A stretch of DNA of 40,652 nucleotides from Octopus bimaculoides. Lineage: Eukaryota. The stretch spans positions 7,228,768 through 7,269,419 of the forward strand of contig NC_069007.1 of NCBI RefSeq assembly GCF_001194135.2, given 5' to 3'. Within the stretch, counting starts at the first letter, position 1; each line of letters opens with the position of its first letter. The position numbers and the translations under genes were made by a program. Shown here piece after piece: positions 22,075-33,419 of this stretch. The notes under the pieces are model-generated. The model saw nothing but the letters and a program-made list of their open reading frames with translations, was not told the origin of the DNA and did no database searches.

Positions 22075-23357
22075 TCAGGTCATCCCATAAGTTCTGTCCG
22101 AATTTTGAATAAAGAAAACACGTGATCAAATGTTATATTTAATCATCAGTGTACTTTCCCTGATTATCTATGACTTCCTTCCATCTATTTACAAGCTTTT
22201 TAATCCTATCAATGTAAAACTCTTTTGGTTTCAAAGCAAAGAACTCTGAAATGTCAGTTTCAACCTCCTCCTGGCTTGCGAAAGTTATGTCCCCCAAATG
22301 ATTCTGTAAACTACGAAACAAATGGTAGTCTGAAGGAGCAAGGTCGGGAGAATAAGGTGGATGAGGAATTTTTNNNNNNNNNNNNNNNNNNNNNNNNNNN
22401 NNNNNNNNNNNNNNNNNNNNNNNNNNNNNNNNNNNNNNNNNNNNNNNNNNNNNNNNNNNNNNNNNNNNNNNNNNNNNNNNNNNNNNNNNNNNNNNNNNNN
22501 NNNNNNNNNNNNNNNNNNNNNNNNNNNNNNNNNNNNNNNNNNNNNNNNNNNNNNNNNNNNNNNNNNNNNNNNNNNNNNNNNNNNNNNNNNNNNNNNNNNN
22601 NNNNNNNNNNNNNNNNNNNNNNNNNNNNNNNNNNNNNNNNNNNNNNNNNNNNNNNNNNNNNNNNNNNNNNNNNNNNNNNNNNNNNNNNNNNNNNNNNNNN
22701 NNNNNNNNNNNNNNNNNNNNNNNNNNNNNNNNNNNNNNNNNNNNNNNNNNNNNNNNNNNNNNNNNNNNNNNNNNNNNNNNNNNNNNNNNNNNNNNNNNNN
22801 NNNNNNNNNNNNNNNNNNNNNNNNNNNNNNNNNNNNNNNNNNNNNNNNNNNNNNNNNNNNNNNNNNNNNNNNNNNNNNNNNNNNNNNNNNNNNNNNNNNN
22901 NNNNNNNNNNNNNNNNNNNNNNNNNNNNNNNTTTTCTTCAAGTAATGCCTCAAGGAGCTTATCATTAAACTCAACTAGACGTCCTGTTCGATCTTCATCT
23001 TCAAAGCTGAAATCTCCACTTCTGAATTTTGCAAACCATCTTCTGCAAGTTCTTTCATTCAAGCATTCTTTCCCATAAACTGAGTGCATGTTTCGACTCG
23101 CTTCGGCTGCAGAGTTACCTTTTTTGTATTCATAAAGCATTATGTGCCTTAAATGCTCTTTGGATACTTCCATGTTAGAAAGGGTTTTAATCAAAGAAAT
23201 TTTAATTCTATTATTCTGTAAAATAATATTTAATTAGTTTAAATGTACACAAATGTATAAAAATAATTTTTAATTCCAGTAGACATTCTAAAATACTAGT
23301 AAATTTCATTCAATTTTAAAAAAGGTAAAATCGAAAAGAACTTATGGGATGACCTGA
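22075..23357 (-). mobile_element. Full-length mariner (about 1.28 kb), transposase ORF 23194-22139 partly in an N-gap
   Basis: TIRs tcaggtcatcccataagttct (22075-22095) and agaacttatgggatgacctga (23337-23357), TA at 23358-23359. HTH N-terminus ...ERTCRRWFAKFRSGDFSFEDEDR and PYSPDLAPSDYHLF motif. Confidence 0.93.
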
Positions 23358-23359
23358 TA

Positions 23360-24215
23360 CAAAGTGCATTCTAGAAGTTCAGAGAACTTTTTTAGGTGAG
23401 GCATTTATAAATGTCCTGGATTATTGCAATTTTAGTATATCATTACCAAACATCTAATAAGCTGATCTGCCAACTTTGGTTATTCTAGTTTGTAGGAGAC
23501 GGCTGTAACAGTACTTTGAACACACCTTACTATACACTGCTTGTCACAGCTGACTAATTTGCAGAATGCAGTCAGTACGTTTGGAGGCTTGCCATGCAAT
23601 GAGGTTTTGGGTTAAACTGAGCAAAAAATGCTACAGAAGGTTATGAAATGCTCCAGACTAGTCATGGATTAACTTGTATGAACCAAACATCTGTTTTTCT
23701 CTGGCTCACGGGACCAGGCAAGCAAGTCCTGTAGGAATCTCATGGTGATCCCCTTTTTTGACAGCAAGGACATCATCTACATTCACTGGCTTCCCTCTGG
23801 CCTGATGGTCATCAAAGAATACTTTGTGGAGGTTTTGAGGGAGTTCAGGAAGGGATTTCGTGGCAAAAGGGCAGAATACCTGCACCGGGACAATGAATCA
23901 ATCCACAGTTCCATCCTGGTAACCTACTACTCGACAGAGATGGGCATCAGAACTGTCCCTTACTCTCCTTACAGCCCAGACCTTGTTCCCTGTGACTTTT
24001 GGTTGTTCCCCAAACTGAAAAAGATGCAGGAGGCTGCGACAAGGTTCCCTGACACTTTCACTTTGGAGGTCTTTCATGGGTTCTTCACGAAGTGGCTGGA
24101 GTGCTACAAGTGGATTGAAGTCAAGGGATCCTATTTTGAAGGAGATTAAGAGTTTTGTCCTTTGAAATTAATTATCTTTCCTGAAAAAGTCTCAAAACTT
24201 CTGGAATGTGATTCT
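23360..24215 (+). mobile_element. Degenerate, internally deleted mariner (irritans-like)
   Basis: ORF 23742-24149 with PYSPDLVPCDFWLFPKLK and terminal YFEGD*; N-terminal remnant near 23580-23660; decayed TIRs cattctagaagtt / aacttctggaatg. Confidence 0.8.
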
Positions 24216-24711
24216 TACAAATAGTTCTTGTCTGTCTGTCTCTCTCAGGCTCTATCTGGTGATATTAGTCCCTTGTCTGAAAAAGACAGTTTTTGTAGTT
24301 CCTTGCAGAAGCTGTGCAATTGATTTGGTTATAGCAATGAATCGCTTCCTGTTGGTTGTTCACAGTTTTTCATTTTATCGCAATGTCTCAGTTCCCTTTT
24401 AATCACATGGAGATGGTCGGAATCCTTCCACAATACTGTCTGTTGCTAGCGATAGATAAATGGATTACATGCCATAAATTGAGGATTAGGATTATCTCTT
24501 AGCCCTAATCCTCCTGCTTTCTCTCTATTTTACAAAGATTAAATATAATCTAAACGACCAACACATCAATCTTGCAACAACAGGATCACCTTTGATCATC
24601 CATCATCAAAGGTCTGTTTAACCACAACTGACCTGTGGTTAAACAACGAATTAAAAAACAAAAATTGAAAAAAAGAAGACTAACAAAAACAAAAACTCGT
24701 TAATGTGAGAT

Positions 24712-24737
24712 TTTATTTAATTTATGATGAATTTATT
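24712..24737 (-). terminator. Candidate TMCO1 polyadenylation signals
   Basis: Two AATAAA on - strand (plus-strand tttatt at 24732-24737 and 24712-24717), followed by a U/GU-rich tract (about 24700-24655). Confidence 0.55.
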
Positions 24738-24767
24738 TTAATATATATTTATATTTTTACAAGTTTA

Positions 24768-24860
24768 TCATTTAACAAATTGAGGTGGGGGTGAGAAGAA
24801 TCCGACTCCTTGTTTGTTAGCGACTCTCGAAGGGGCCAAACCAAGCAGCTTTTGGATGTT
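24768..24860 (-). CDS. TMCO1: TMCO1 exon 7 (terminal), NIQKLLGLAPSRVANKQGVGFFSPPPQFVK*
   Basis: aattacag| acceptor, phase 0; TGA at 24770-24768. The seven exons total 552 nt = 183 aa + stop with no frameshift. Confidence 0.95.
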   Translation of the reverse strand, partial: NIQKLLGLAPSRVANKQGVGFFSPPPQFVK

Positions 24861-25044
24861 CTGTAATTAACAACAGTAATTAGAAATAACAAATATTAAA
24901 ATGAAACAAAAAGTAACAACAAAAAGAAATAAATACATCATAGAAAGAATGACATAGAAAATGGTGGGGGTGAGGGGAAGGGGTAAATGCTCAGGGACGC
25001 CTTGCTGCATGAAAATGACCAGTGAAACGGGTACTAACATGACT

Positions 25045-25200
25045 GCAGGAGTGGCTGTGTGGTAAGAAGCTTGCTTCCCAACCACATGGTCCTGGGTTCA
25101 GTTCCACTGCGTGGCACCTTGGGCAAGTGCCAGCCTTGGGCCGACCAAAGCCTTGCGAGTGGATTTGGGAGACGGAAACAGAAAGAAGTCTGTTGTGTAT
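25045..25200 (+). mobile_element. SINE family A head only
   Basis: Same head as 7833; no tail. Confidence 0.85.
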
Positions 25201-25213
25201 ATGTGTGTGTTGT

Positions 25214-25590
25214 GGAGGTGCAATGGCCTAATGGTTAGGGCAGCGGACTCGCGGTCATAGGATCGCGGTTTCGATTCCCAGACCGGGCGTTGTGAGTGTT
25301 TATTGAGCGAAAACACCTAAAGCGCCACAAGGTTCCGGCAGGGGATGGTGGTGAACCCTGCTGTACTCTTCCACCACAACTTTCTCTCACTCTTACTTCC
25401 TGTTTCTGTTATGCCTGTAATTCAAAGGGTTGGCCTTGTCACACTCTGTGTCATGCTGAATATCCCCGAGAACTACGTTAAGGGTACACGTGTCTGTGGA
25501 GTGCTCAGCCACTTGCACGTTAATTTCACGAGCAGGCTGTTCCGTTGATCGGATCAACTGGAACCCTCGACGTCGTAAGCGACGGAGTGC
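25214..25590 (+). mobile_element. SINE family C
   Basis: A box tggcctaatggt, B box gtttcgattccc; high identity to the inverted copy at 27556-27925. Confidence 0.88.
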
Positions 25591-25878
25591 CAACAATTGA
25601 TTTCTGTCTTGACATGACAATGGTAATTGTAAACAAGTGTCACTGTCATATAAGCAGTGTCATTCACTTCCAATGCTCTGCAAAAACATGTCTGGGTACA
25701 GGGAAATATAAACTGGGATGGGAAACAGGCAAGGGCTGACCACAGAAAGGGCATTTGGCTGTAGAAAATCTGACTCAAAACTGTCTGATTCATGCAAGCA
25801 GGGAAAAGTGGATAATAAATGATGATGATGATGATGATGATGACAAATGCGAGTGTGTGAAGACGAAGGAGTTCTTAC

Positions 25879-26023
25879 CTGGCGTATAGACATTGTACAT
25901 AGAATGTAGAGGAAGATGAACGAGCAATGAGTGTAATCGTCTCCGGCTAGATTACGATGTGAAAGACCTTGCATCAGTGAAATTGGAGTAAATGGTAACT
26001 TAGCAACCACTCGGCCATCAAAA
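25879..26023 (-). CDS. TMCO1: TMCO1 exon 6 (145 nt), FDGRVVAKLPFTPISLMQGLSHRNLAGDDYTHCSFIFLYILCTMSIRQ
   Basis: aatctag| acceptor, CAG|gtaaga donor, phase 2-0; hallmark EMC3/TMCO1-family segment. Confidence 0.96.
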
Positions 26024-26128
26024 CTAGATTGTTTTCATTGGATAAGAATAAAATGAAAGGACAAGAAAAAAAAAAAAACAATAAAAATTAAGTCATGAAC
26101 AAATGAACAGTCATAACATTATTATTAA

Positions 26129-26390
26129 CCCTTTAAACATTCAGATTTCTGTCAAATGTAAAGCTTATTTATTCACATTGTTTCGGATTAATCATGCATT
26201 ATCTTGGAGGTTTGAGATTTTGATGATATGTTTGTTTATTTTTATAATGACATTGTAGTTTAGGTGTGAGAGGATGGATCTGGCCAGTTTGATCATAAAA
26301 CAGGTAGAATAAATGGGCCTGATATGGCTGATTTAACCCTTCAGTGTTCAGTTTATTCTGTTAGATATAATGCTTATTTACTTATTTGAA
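26129..26390. mobile_element. piggyBac-like MITE fragments; related inverted fragment at about 39030-39098
   Basis: TTAA|CCC start; cattcagatt...tgtcaaatgta...tttattcaca is shared in reverse complement with 39030-39098. Confidence 0.4.
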
Positions 26391-26595
26391 TGCTCTTCCT
26401 AACGCCAACCACTTTACAGTGTGTACTGGGTGCTTTTAGCGTGCCACCGGCATGAGCGCTTTTTGTGGGGCACCAGCATGGGTGTTTTTTATGTGGTATT
26501 GACATAGGATTCTTGTAGGATCCTCTTCACCAGGGAATGCGATCTTAACACTTTAACTGTGGAGAATAGGTTTTCTTGAGTACAGCAAGGGGCCA

Positions 26596-26634
<39 letters not shown>

Positions 26635-26980
26635 GTGCACTCCGTCGGTTATGACGATGAGGGTCTCAGCTGATATGATCAATGGAACAGCTTGCTCATG
26701 AAGTTAACATGTTAGTGGCTGAGCACTCCACAGACATGTGTACCCTTAACGTAGTTCTCAGGGAGATTCAGCATAAATTAGAATGTGACAAGGCTGGCCC
26801 TTTGAAATACAGGTGCTACACATTTTTGCCAGCTGAGTAGACTGAAGCAATGTGAAATAAAGTGTCTTGCTCAAGGACACAACGCATCACTGGGAATCGA
26901 ACTCACGACTTTACGATTGTGAGCCGAATGCCCTAACCACTAAGCCATGTGGCTTCAAAAAAGAAAAAAAAAATATATAC

Positions 26981-27032
<52 letters not shown>

Positions 27033-27555
27033 TATGTCTGTTATCTCATCACCAATAATGTCATGATGATGTTGGGGTGTGCACAAGGGCATAGGAACAG
27101 TGCTGAGACCCCCTTCGGTCATGACTGACTATGGGATTGCATCAAGAAAGTTACCCTCCTAGACACAAGTCCAGGCAAGGTTGTTTATGGAAGACCAGCA
27201 GTCGCCCATTCATACCGGTCTCCCCTCTCCACACCACTCGTGTTATCCAAGGGAAAGGCAAAGAAGCCGATACAGCTTGGCACCAGTGACGTCACAACTC
27301 ATTTCCACAGCTGAGTGAACTGGAGCAACGTGAAATAAAGTGTCTTGCTCAAGAACACAACAGACACCCTGATCAGGGATTTGAACTCACAACCTCACGA
27401 TCGTTAGCTCGATGCTCTAACCACTGAGCCATGCGCCTTCATATAGGAATAGTATTACCCAAATAAATATTTGGATATGGTTATCTAGAATAACCATATG
27501 CAGAATTAATATGTTCATGCAGAACATAATCCGTACTACACCATACATTGTGTGT

Positions 27556-27925
27556 TGGCACTCCGTTGAGAATTCCAGTTGATCCGATCAACGGAACAGC
27601 CTGCTCGTGAAATTAACGTGCAAGTGGCTGAGCACTCCACAGACACGTGTACCCTTAACGTAGTTCTCGGGGGATATTCAGCGTGACACAGTGTGACAAG
27701 GCTGACCCTTTGAATTACAGGCACAACAGAAACAGGAAGTAAAGATTGAGAGAAAGGTGTGGTGAAAGAGTACAGCACGGTTCGCCACCATCCCCTGACG
27801 GAGCCTCGTGGAGCTTTAGGTGTTTTCGCTCAATAAACACTCACAACGCCCGGTCTGGGAATCGAAACTGCGATCCTATGACCGCGAGTCCGCTGCCCTA
27901 ACCACTGGGCCATTGCGCCTCCACT
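27556..27925 (-). mobile_element. SINE family C, inverted (partial 3' copy also at about 26635-26810)
   Basis: Reverse complement of 25214-25590. Confidence 0.88.
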
Positions 27926-28139
27926 ACACCAAACGTAAGTACGATATTAAACTAACACAACAATCCAATATGAACGATCAATGCTGTCAACTGCTGACAG
28001 TTCACACAGTTGCTTCATTTTATTGATATGTGTCAGTCCACTTTTGGTCACATAGGGGTGGTCAGGATCCCTCCACAACAATATATATAGACAGACATAT
28101 AGATAGAAGGAGCAAACAAGAGATATCCAAAATACTTAC

Positions 28140-28207
28140 ATGGAGTTGAACATACTCAAAAGTGCAGTGAAAGCAAAACCAATTGCAAACATGGATTTCA
28201 TTTTAAC
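28140..28207 (-). CDS. TMCO1: TMCO1 exon 5 (68 nt), VKMKSMFAIGFAFTALLSMFNS(I)
   Basis: ttacag| acceptor, |gtaagt donor, phase 0-2. Confidence 0.95.
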
Positions 28208-28231
28208 CTGTAATAAATAAATAAACAAATA

Positions 28232-28465
28232 CCATAAATCCTTGAGTATAGTCTGCCCTTGAGTATAATACGCAGGGGATTTTTAGGGGGCTGTACCTCT
28301 GAAAAACCTAAACCTTGTGTATAATACGCACCCCTTCTCTAACTTGAGTCAAGGAGGTCTATATAACGTCCTTAGTTTGTAAACGTATATACGGTAACGT
28401 CCTTTATTATTATTGTATATATAACATAATGCAAACGTGTAGCTTTTTTGTTCACTTTGTTTGCA
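28232..28465. mobile_element. Truncated inverted copy of the pogo-like MITE in TMCO1 intron 4
   Basis: Reverse-complement match to about 39360-39598, starting ta|ccataaatc and cut by a SINE. Confidence 0.8.
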
Positions 28466-28833
28466 GTGTGGTAAGTAGCTTGCTTATGAACCACATGGTT
28501 CTGGGTTCAGTCCCACTGTGTGGCACCTTGGGCAAGTGTCTTCTACCATAGCCTCGGGCCGACCAAAGCCTTGCGAGTGGATTTGGTAGACGGAAACTGA
28601 AAGAAGCCCGTCGTATATATGTATATGTATGTGCGTGTGTATGTTTGTGTGTCTGTGTTTGTCCCCCCAACATCACTTGACAACCGACGCTGGTCTGTTT
28701 AGGTCCCCGTAACTTAGCGGTTTGGCAAAAGGTACCGATAAAATAAGTACTAGGCTTACAAAGAATAAGTCCTAGGGTCGATTTGCTCGACTAAAGGCGG
28801 TGCTCCAGCATGGCCACAGTTAAATGACTGAAA
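28466..28833 (+). mobile_element. SINE family A
   Basis: Head, linker and tail as in other copies. Confidence 0.9.
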
Positions 28834-28841
28834 CATACATA

Positions 28842-29008
28842 TACGATGGGCTTCTTCCAGTTTCCATCTACCAAATCCACTCACAAGGTTTTGGTCGGCT
28901 TGAGGCTATAGTAGAAGACACCTGCCCAAGGTGCCACGCAGTGGGACTGAACCCGGGACCATGTGGTTAGTAAGCAAGCTACTTACCACACAGCCACTCC
29001 TGCACCTA
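28842..29008 (-). mobile_element. SINE family A head only, inverted
   Basis: Reverse complement of the family A head. Confidence 0.88.
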
Positions 29009-29216
29009 CAAGCTGCTGATTATCCTAGTAAACGAGATCCAGGAATGCTTCCATCAATGGAAACAGTGCTGGATTAAGTATGTGGCTTCCCGAAGGGAAG
29101 GAAACTGAATGCCAAATAGGTATGTGTTGTAGTTTTGTTTTTATTGCACCAGTCCAAATACTTATTGGATCAGACCCCATATACATATGGATTTGTAAAG
29201 TAATCAATAAACTCAC

Positions 29217-29263
29217 CAATGATAAATCTCGACTGTTGTTTTTCAATTTCTCTTCTTGGCGCT
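29217..29263 (-). CDS. TMCO1: TMCO1 exon 4 (47 nt), (E)RQEEKLKNNSRDLSL
   Basis: ccctttcag| acceptor, |gtgagt donor, phase 1-0; human ERQEEKLKNNNRDLSM. Confidence 0.95.
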
Positions 29264-30262
29264 CTGAAAGGGAAACAAAAGAAACAGAGTATGAGGGAGG
29301 GAGAGTGTGAGCGGGAGATTGGACAAATATGTCTGTCGACTGCAGGATACAATTCTTTTATTGTTCTGTTTCTTCAACTCAAAATCGTTTGGAATCATCA
29401 GGACACATCTTACACCATGCACATCAATCTAGACAATAACCTTCCCAAGATGCCAAATGAATCTGAAGAGATTTTAGAAATTGTTTCCACTTATTCTTAT
29501 AAACAACAACAACAACAATCCTTTCTATTATAGGCACAAGGGCTTGAAATTGTTGTGGAAGGGGCTAGTCAATTACATTGACCCCAGTACTTAACTGGTA
29601 CATATTTTATCGACTCCAAAAGGATGAAAGGCAAAGTTGACCTCGGCGGAATTTGAACTCAGAACGTAGTAGCAGACGAAATACCGCTAAGGATTTCGCC
29701 TGGCGTGCTAACGAACCCTTTGTGCTATAGGCACAAGGCCTGAAATTTGGTGGAAGGGGACTAGTCAATTACATTGACCCCAGTGCGTAACTGGTACTTA
29801 ATTTATCGACCCCAAAAGGATGACAGGCAAAGTCCACCTTGGTGGAATTGGAACTCAAAATGTGAAGATGGACGAAATAGCTCTAACCATTTTACTCATA
29901 TTAATAATAATAATAATAATAATAATTAGGGTTTCAAATTTTAGCTTAAGTCTAGCAATTTTGGGGGTAAGAGTTATGTTGATTACATTGCTAACGTTTC
30001 TGCTACCTAGGGACCTTGCTAATGATAATGATTTTTAAGATATTCACAAAAGCGACAAATTTTGAAGAGAAGGATACAGTTACCTTAATTAGTATTCTGT
30101 TTTATTGAAAGAGGAATGATGAAAAGTTGAGGTAATTACCTGCTGGGATTGAACTCAGAATGTAAGGGCAAATAACTCAGTATTGCAAAACATTTTTTGT
30201 CAGTTGCCTTCCTCATTCTCACACACACACACAGAAAACGGTGTGACTTGTCCCAGACTTAC

Positions 30263-30322
30263 CTAACTTTTTCTTCTGGTTTCGATCAGCTACGTCCATT
30301 CCGGCTTCTCTTTGCTTCTCCA
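30263..30322 (-). CDS. TMCO1: TMCO1 exon 3 (60 nt), (L)EKQREAGMDVADRNQKKKL
   Basis: ttttcag| acceptor, |gtaagt donor, phase 1-1; coiled-coil segment in frame with exons 2 and 4. Confidence 0.92.
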
Positions 30323-30356
30323 CTGAAAAAAAAACAAAACAAACAAATAATAATAT

Positions 30357-30495
30357 AGGCGTAGGAGTGGCTGTGTGGTAAGTAGCTCGCTTACTAACCA
30401 CATGGTTCCGGGTTCAGTTCCACTGCGAGGCACCTTGGGCAAGTGCCTTCTACTGAGTGGATTTGGTAGACGGAAACTGAAAGAAGCTCGTCGTA

Positions 30496-30540
<45 letters not shown>

Positions 30541-30752
30541 TTATATATGTTTGTGTGTCTGTGTTTGTCCCCCAACATCGCTTGACAACTGATGTTGGTG
30601 TGTTTACATTCCCGTAACTTAGTGGTTCGGCAAAAGAGACCGATAGAATAAGTACTAGGCTTCCAAAGAATAAGTCCTGGGGTTGATTTGCTTGACTAAA
30701 GGCGGTGCTCCAGCATGGCCGCAGTCAAATGACTGAAACAAGTAAAAGAGTA
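30357..30752 (+). mobile_element. SINE family A
   Basis: Head, linker and tail. Confidence 0.9.
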
Positions 30753-30759
30753 TCAGGTA

Positions 30760-31115
30760 GTGGTACTGAATGTGATCGATGCCAGGGCCACTTGACTGGC
30801 TCCTGTGCCGGTGGCACATAAAAAGCACCATCTGAATGTAGTCAATGCCAGGTGTGCTTAACTGGCTCCCGTGCTGGTGGCACGTAAAAGCACAATCCAA
30901 ACATGGCCAATGCCAGTACCCACTGACTGGCTCCTGTGCCAGTGGCATGTAAAAAGCACCTACTATACTCTCGGAGTGGTTGGCGTTAGGAAGTGCATCC
31001 AGCTGTAGAAACATTGCCTGGTGCAACCTCCTGGCTTCCCAGACCGCAGTCGAACCATCCAACCCATGCGAGCATGGAAAACGGATGTTAAACGATGATG
31101 ATGATGATGATGATA
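30760..31115 (+). mobile_element. Retroposon 3' end (family E) with (GAT)n tail; related pieces at about 25590-25845 (+), 6175-6335 (-) and 26370-26480 (-)
   Basis: Shared ggcgttaggaagNgcatccagctgtagaaac ... catggaaaacggatgttaaacgatgatgat. Confidence 0.7.
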
Positions 31116-31127
31116 TCTCCTACTTAC

Positions 31128-31205
31128 ATTTTTTACTTTGTTTTTCTACTTCAGATTTCAATTTCTTGTATTTATCTGTTCTGTAAACCATGAGCCATGT
31201 TAAAC
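31128..31205 (-). CDS. TMCO1: TMCO1 exon 2 (78 nt), (G)LTWLMVYRTDKYKKLKSEVEKQSKK
   Basis: ttacag| acceptor, |gtaagt donor, phase 1-1; near-identical to the recalled human segment. Confidence 0.95.
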
Positions 31206-32033
31206 CTGTAACAAACAGAAAAAAAAAACCCCCTTAATTACCATCATCATTAACGAGGGAGAAAGGCCTATATGCTGTTGCTTGATCGCTTAGGGATTAC
31301 GACCAAATTTTACCTTAAATCACACACAAATGACTTTAAAAAAAAGATAAAGGTATCGATGTAGCTGTGTGGTATGCAGTTTGAGTCCTGGAGTCAATGG
31401 TATCAGCTAGCCCCTCCCCTCATAATTGCTAGTTTTGTGTCTAAATCAGAATCCTTTTAGACAAAACTATGTGCTCAGAGCATGGTTACATGGTTAAGAA
31501 ACTTTGTTTGCAACCGTGTGGTTTCAAGTTCAGTCCCACTTCACAAGACTTTGGGCAAGTCTACTATAGCTGTGGGCTGACCGATGCCCTGTGAGTGAAT
31601 TTGGTAGAAGGAAACTGTGTGGAAGTCCATCATGTATGTATGTATGTGTGTGTCTTTCTCTCTTCCAGCATCGTGTGACAACCGGTGTTGGTTTGTTTAC
31701 ATCCACATAACAAACGAGTTTAGCAAGAGACCAATAGCATAAGTACTGAGGTTGATTTGACAGTGCCCCAGTATGGCCATAGTCTAATGACTGAAACAAT
31801 TAAAAGAACCTTCCCCCCAAATAGTACTTCATAAAACATAGTATCAGTCAAGTAATGGGGCCCATGATGCCGATAAAGTTCTCCCCTCAAAACTGCTGGC
31901 CTTGGGGTTAAATTAGAACCCATTCATACAAACTATGTACATAGAAGCATATGACCGCAGTTTCTTGTAGTCCGAGAAAGACGGTGCCGCAATTTCTTGC
32001 CGAACGACCTATAGAAATGATTTGTTTATAATA

Positions 32034-32198
32034 GGAGGTGTAGGAGTGGATGTGTGGTAAGTAGCTTGCTTACCAACCACATGGTTCTGGGTTCAGTCCC
32101 ACTGCATGGCACCTTGGGCAAGTGTCTTTTACTGTAGCCTCGGGCCGACCAAAGCCTTGTGAACGGATTTGGTAGACGGAAACTGAAAAAACCCCGTC

Positions 32199-32233
<35 letters not shown>

Positions 32234-32425
32234 CGTATGTGTGTGTGTATATGTTTATGTGTCTGTGTTTGTTCCCCCAATATCACTTGACAACCGATGC
32301 TGGTCTCCGTCACTTAGCGGTTCGGCAAAAGACACCGATAGAATAAGTACTAGGCTTCCAAAGAATAAGTCCTGGGGTCGATTTGCTCGTCTAAAGGCGG
32401 TGCTGAAACAAGTGAAAGAGTAAGT
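32034..32425 (+). mobile_element. SINE family A (older diverged copy also at about 31476-31800)
   Basis: Head, linker and tail. Confidence 0.88.
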
Positions 32426-32885
32426 AATCAAATGTTCGTGCTGTACATTAGCTCACGCCCTCCATCATATCGACATTACCTGCACAGGTGCACGGTGCAC
32501 CACGCATCAGGTGTCAAAATGGTCGCAGAGCAACGCGAGATGCTGCACCCGGTCTTGGAATTTGAAACAACGATCGCGAAATAACAAAACGGTAAATTCA
32601 GCAACGTGTCACGCGTCACGTAAATTAAAAATTAAATTATATATACATCCATTTAGATGGACAAAAGGAAGAAATAATATACGAAAGGGTAGTCATTCCA
32701 TCGTTCGGTGCTGTGCCTACTCTGAGTTAAAAAATTTTTTTTGTAAGTTCGATCCTCTTGCAAATAAGATAAATCAAATTGCTTGATGGATCGCATGTAG
32801 GGGCAAATGAGTCTTGACTGGTGACAGTAAATCAACAGCTTTTAAGGCGTGTAGATGTGTAGATATATATAGGCAATCTTTCGTT

Positions 32886-33049
32886 TTGTGTGTGTGTGTG
32901 TGTATATATATATACGTGTGTGTGTGTGTATATATATGTGTGTGTGTGTGTGTATATATATACATGTGTGTGTATGTATATATATATATGTATGTGTGCG
33001 CGCGTGTATATATATAATGTAGGTGTGTCTGAATATCTGTGTGTGTATG

Positions 33050-33087
<38 letters not shown>

Positions 33088-33240
33088 CAGAAATATGCGT
33101 TGGTAGATAGATATGTAAATTCGTGTATATGTATTTATATAATTCATTTATAAAATATTATATATACATACATATATATATATACTCACACATATACATA
33201 GATATTAACCGATATATCTATGCGTATATATATATATAAC
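32886..33240. repeat. Compound (TG)n/(TA)n microsatellite in TMCO1 intron 1
   Basis: Direct reading. Confidence 0.9.
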
Positions 33241-33256
33241 CATCTACTCGACCTAC

Positions 33257-33317
33257 CTTCACCAAGTAACGCCGTACAAATTGATATAAACACGATAAGA
33301 AGGCAATCCACTAACAT
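33257..33317 (-). CDS. TMCO1: TMCO1 exon 1 (61 nt coding), MLVDCLLIVFISICTALLGE
   Basis: ATG at 33317-33315; donor GAAG|gtaggt; matches the recalled human N-terminus MFADTLLIVFISVCTALLAEG. Confidence 0.93.
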
Positions 33318-33419
33318 CTTTAACTATATATAAGACTATATATTATATATATATACACGCGTGAATATTATTTTATTCGTCGCACGACTGTAGAAACTAG
33401 ATAACTCTTGTTTTCCTAC

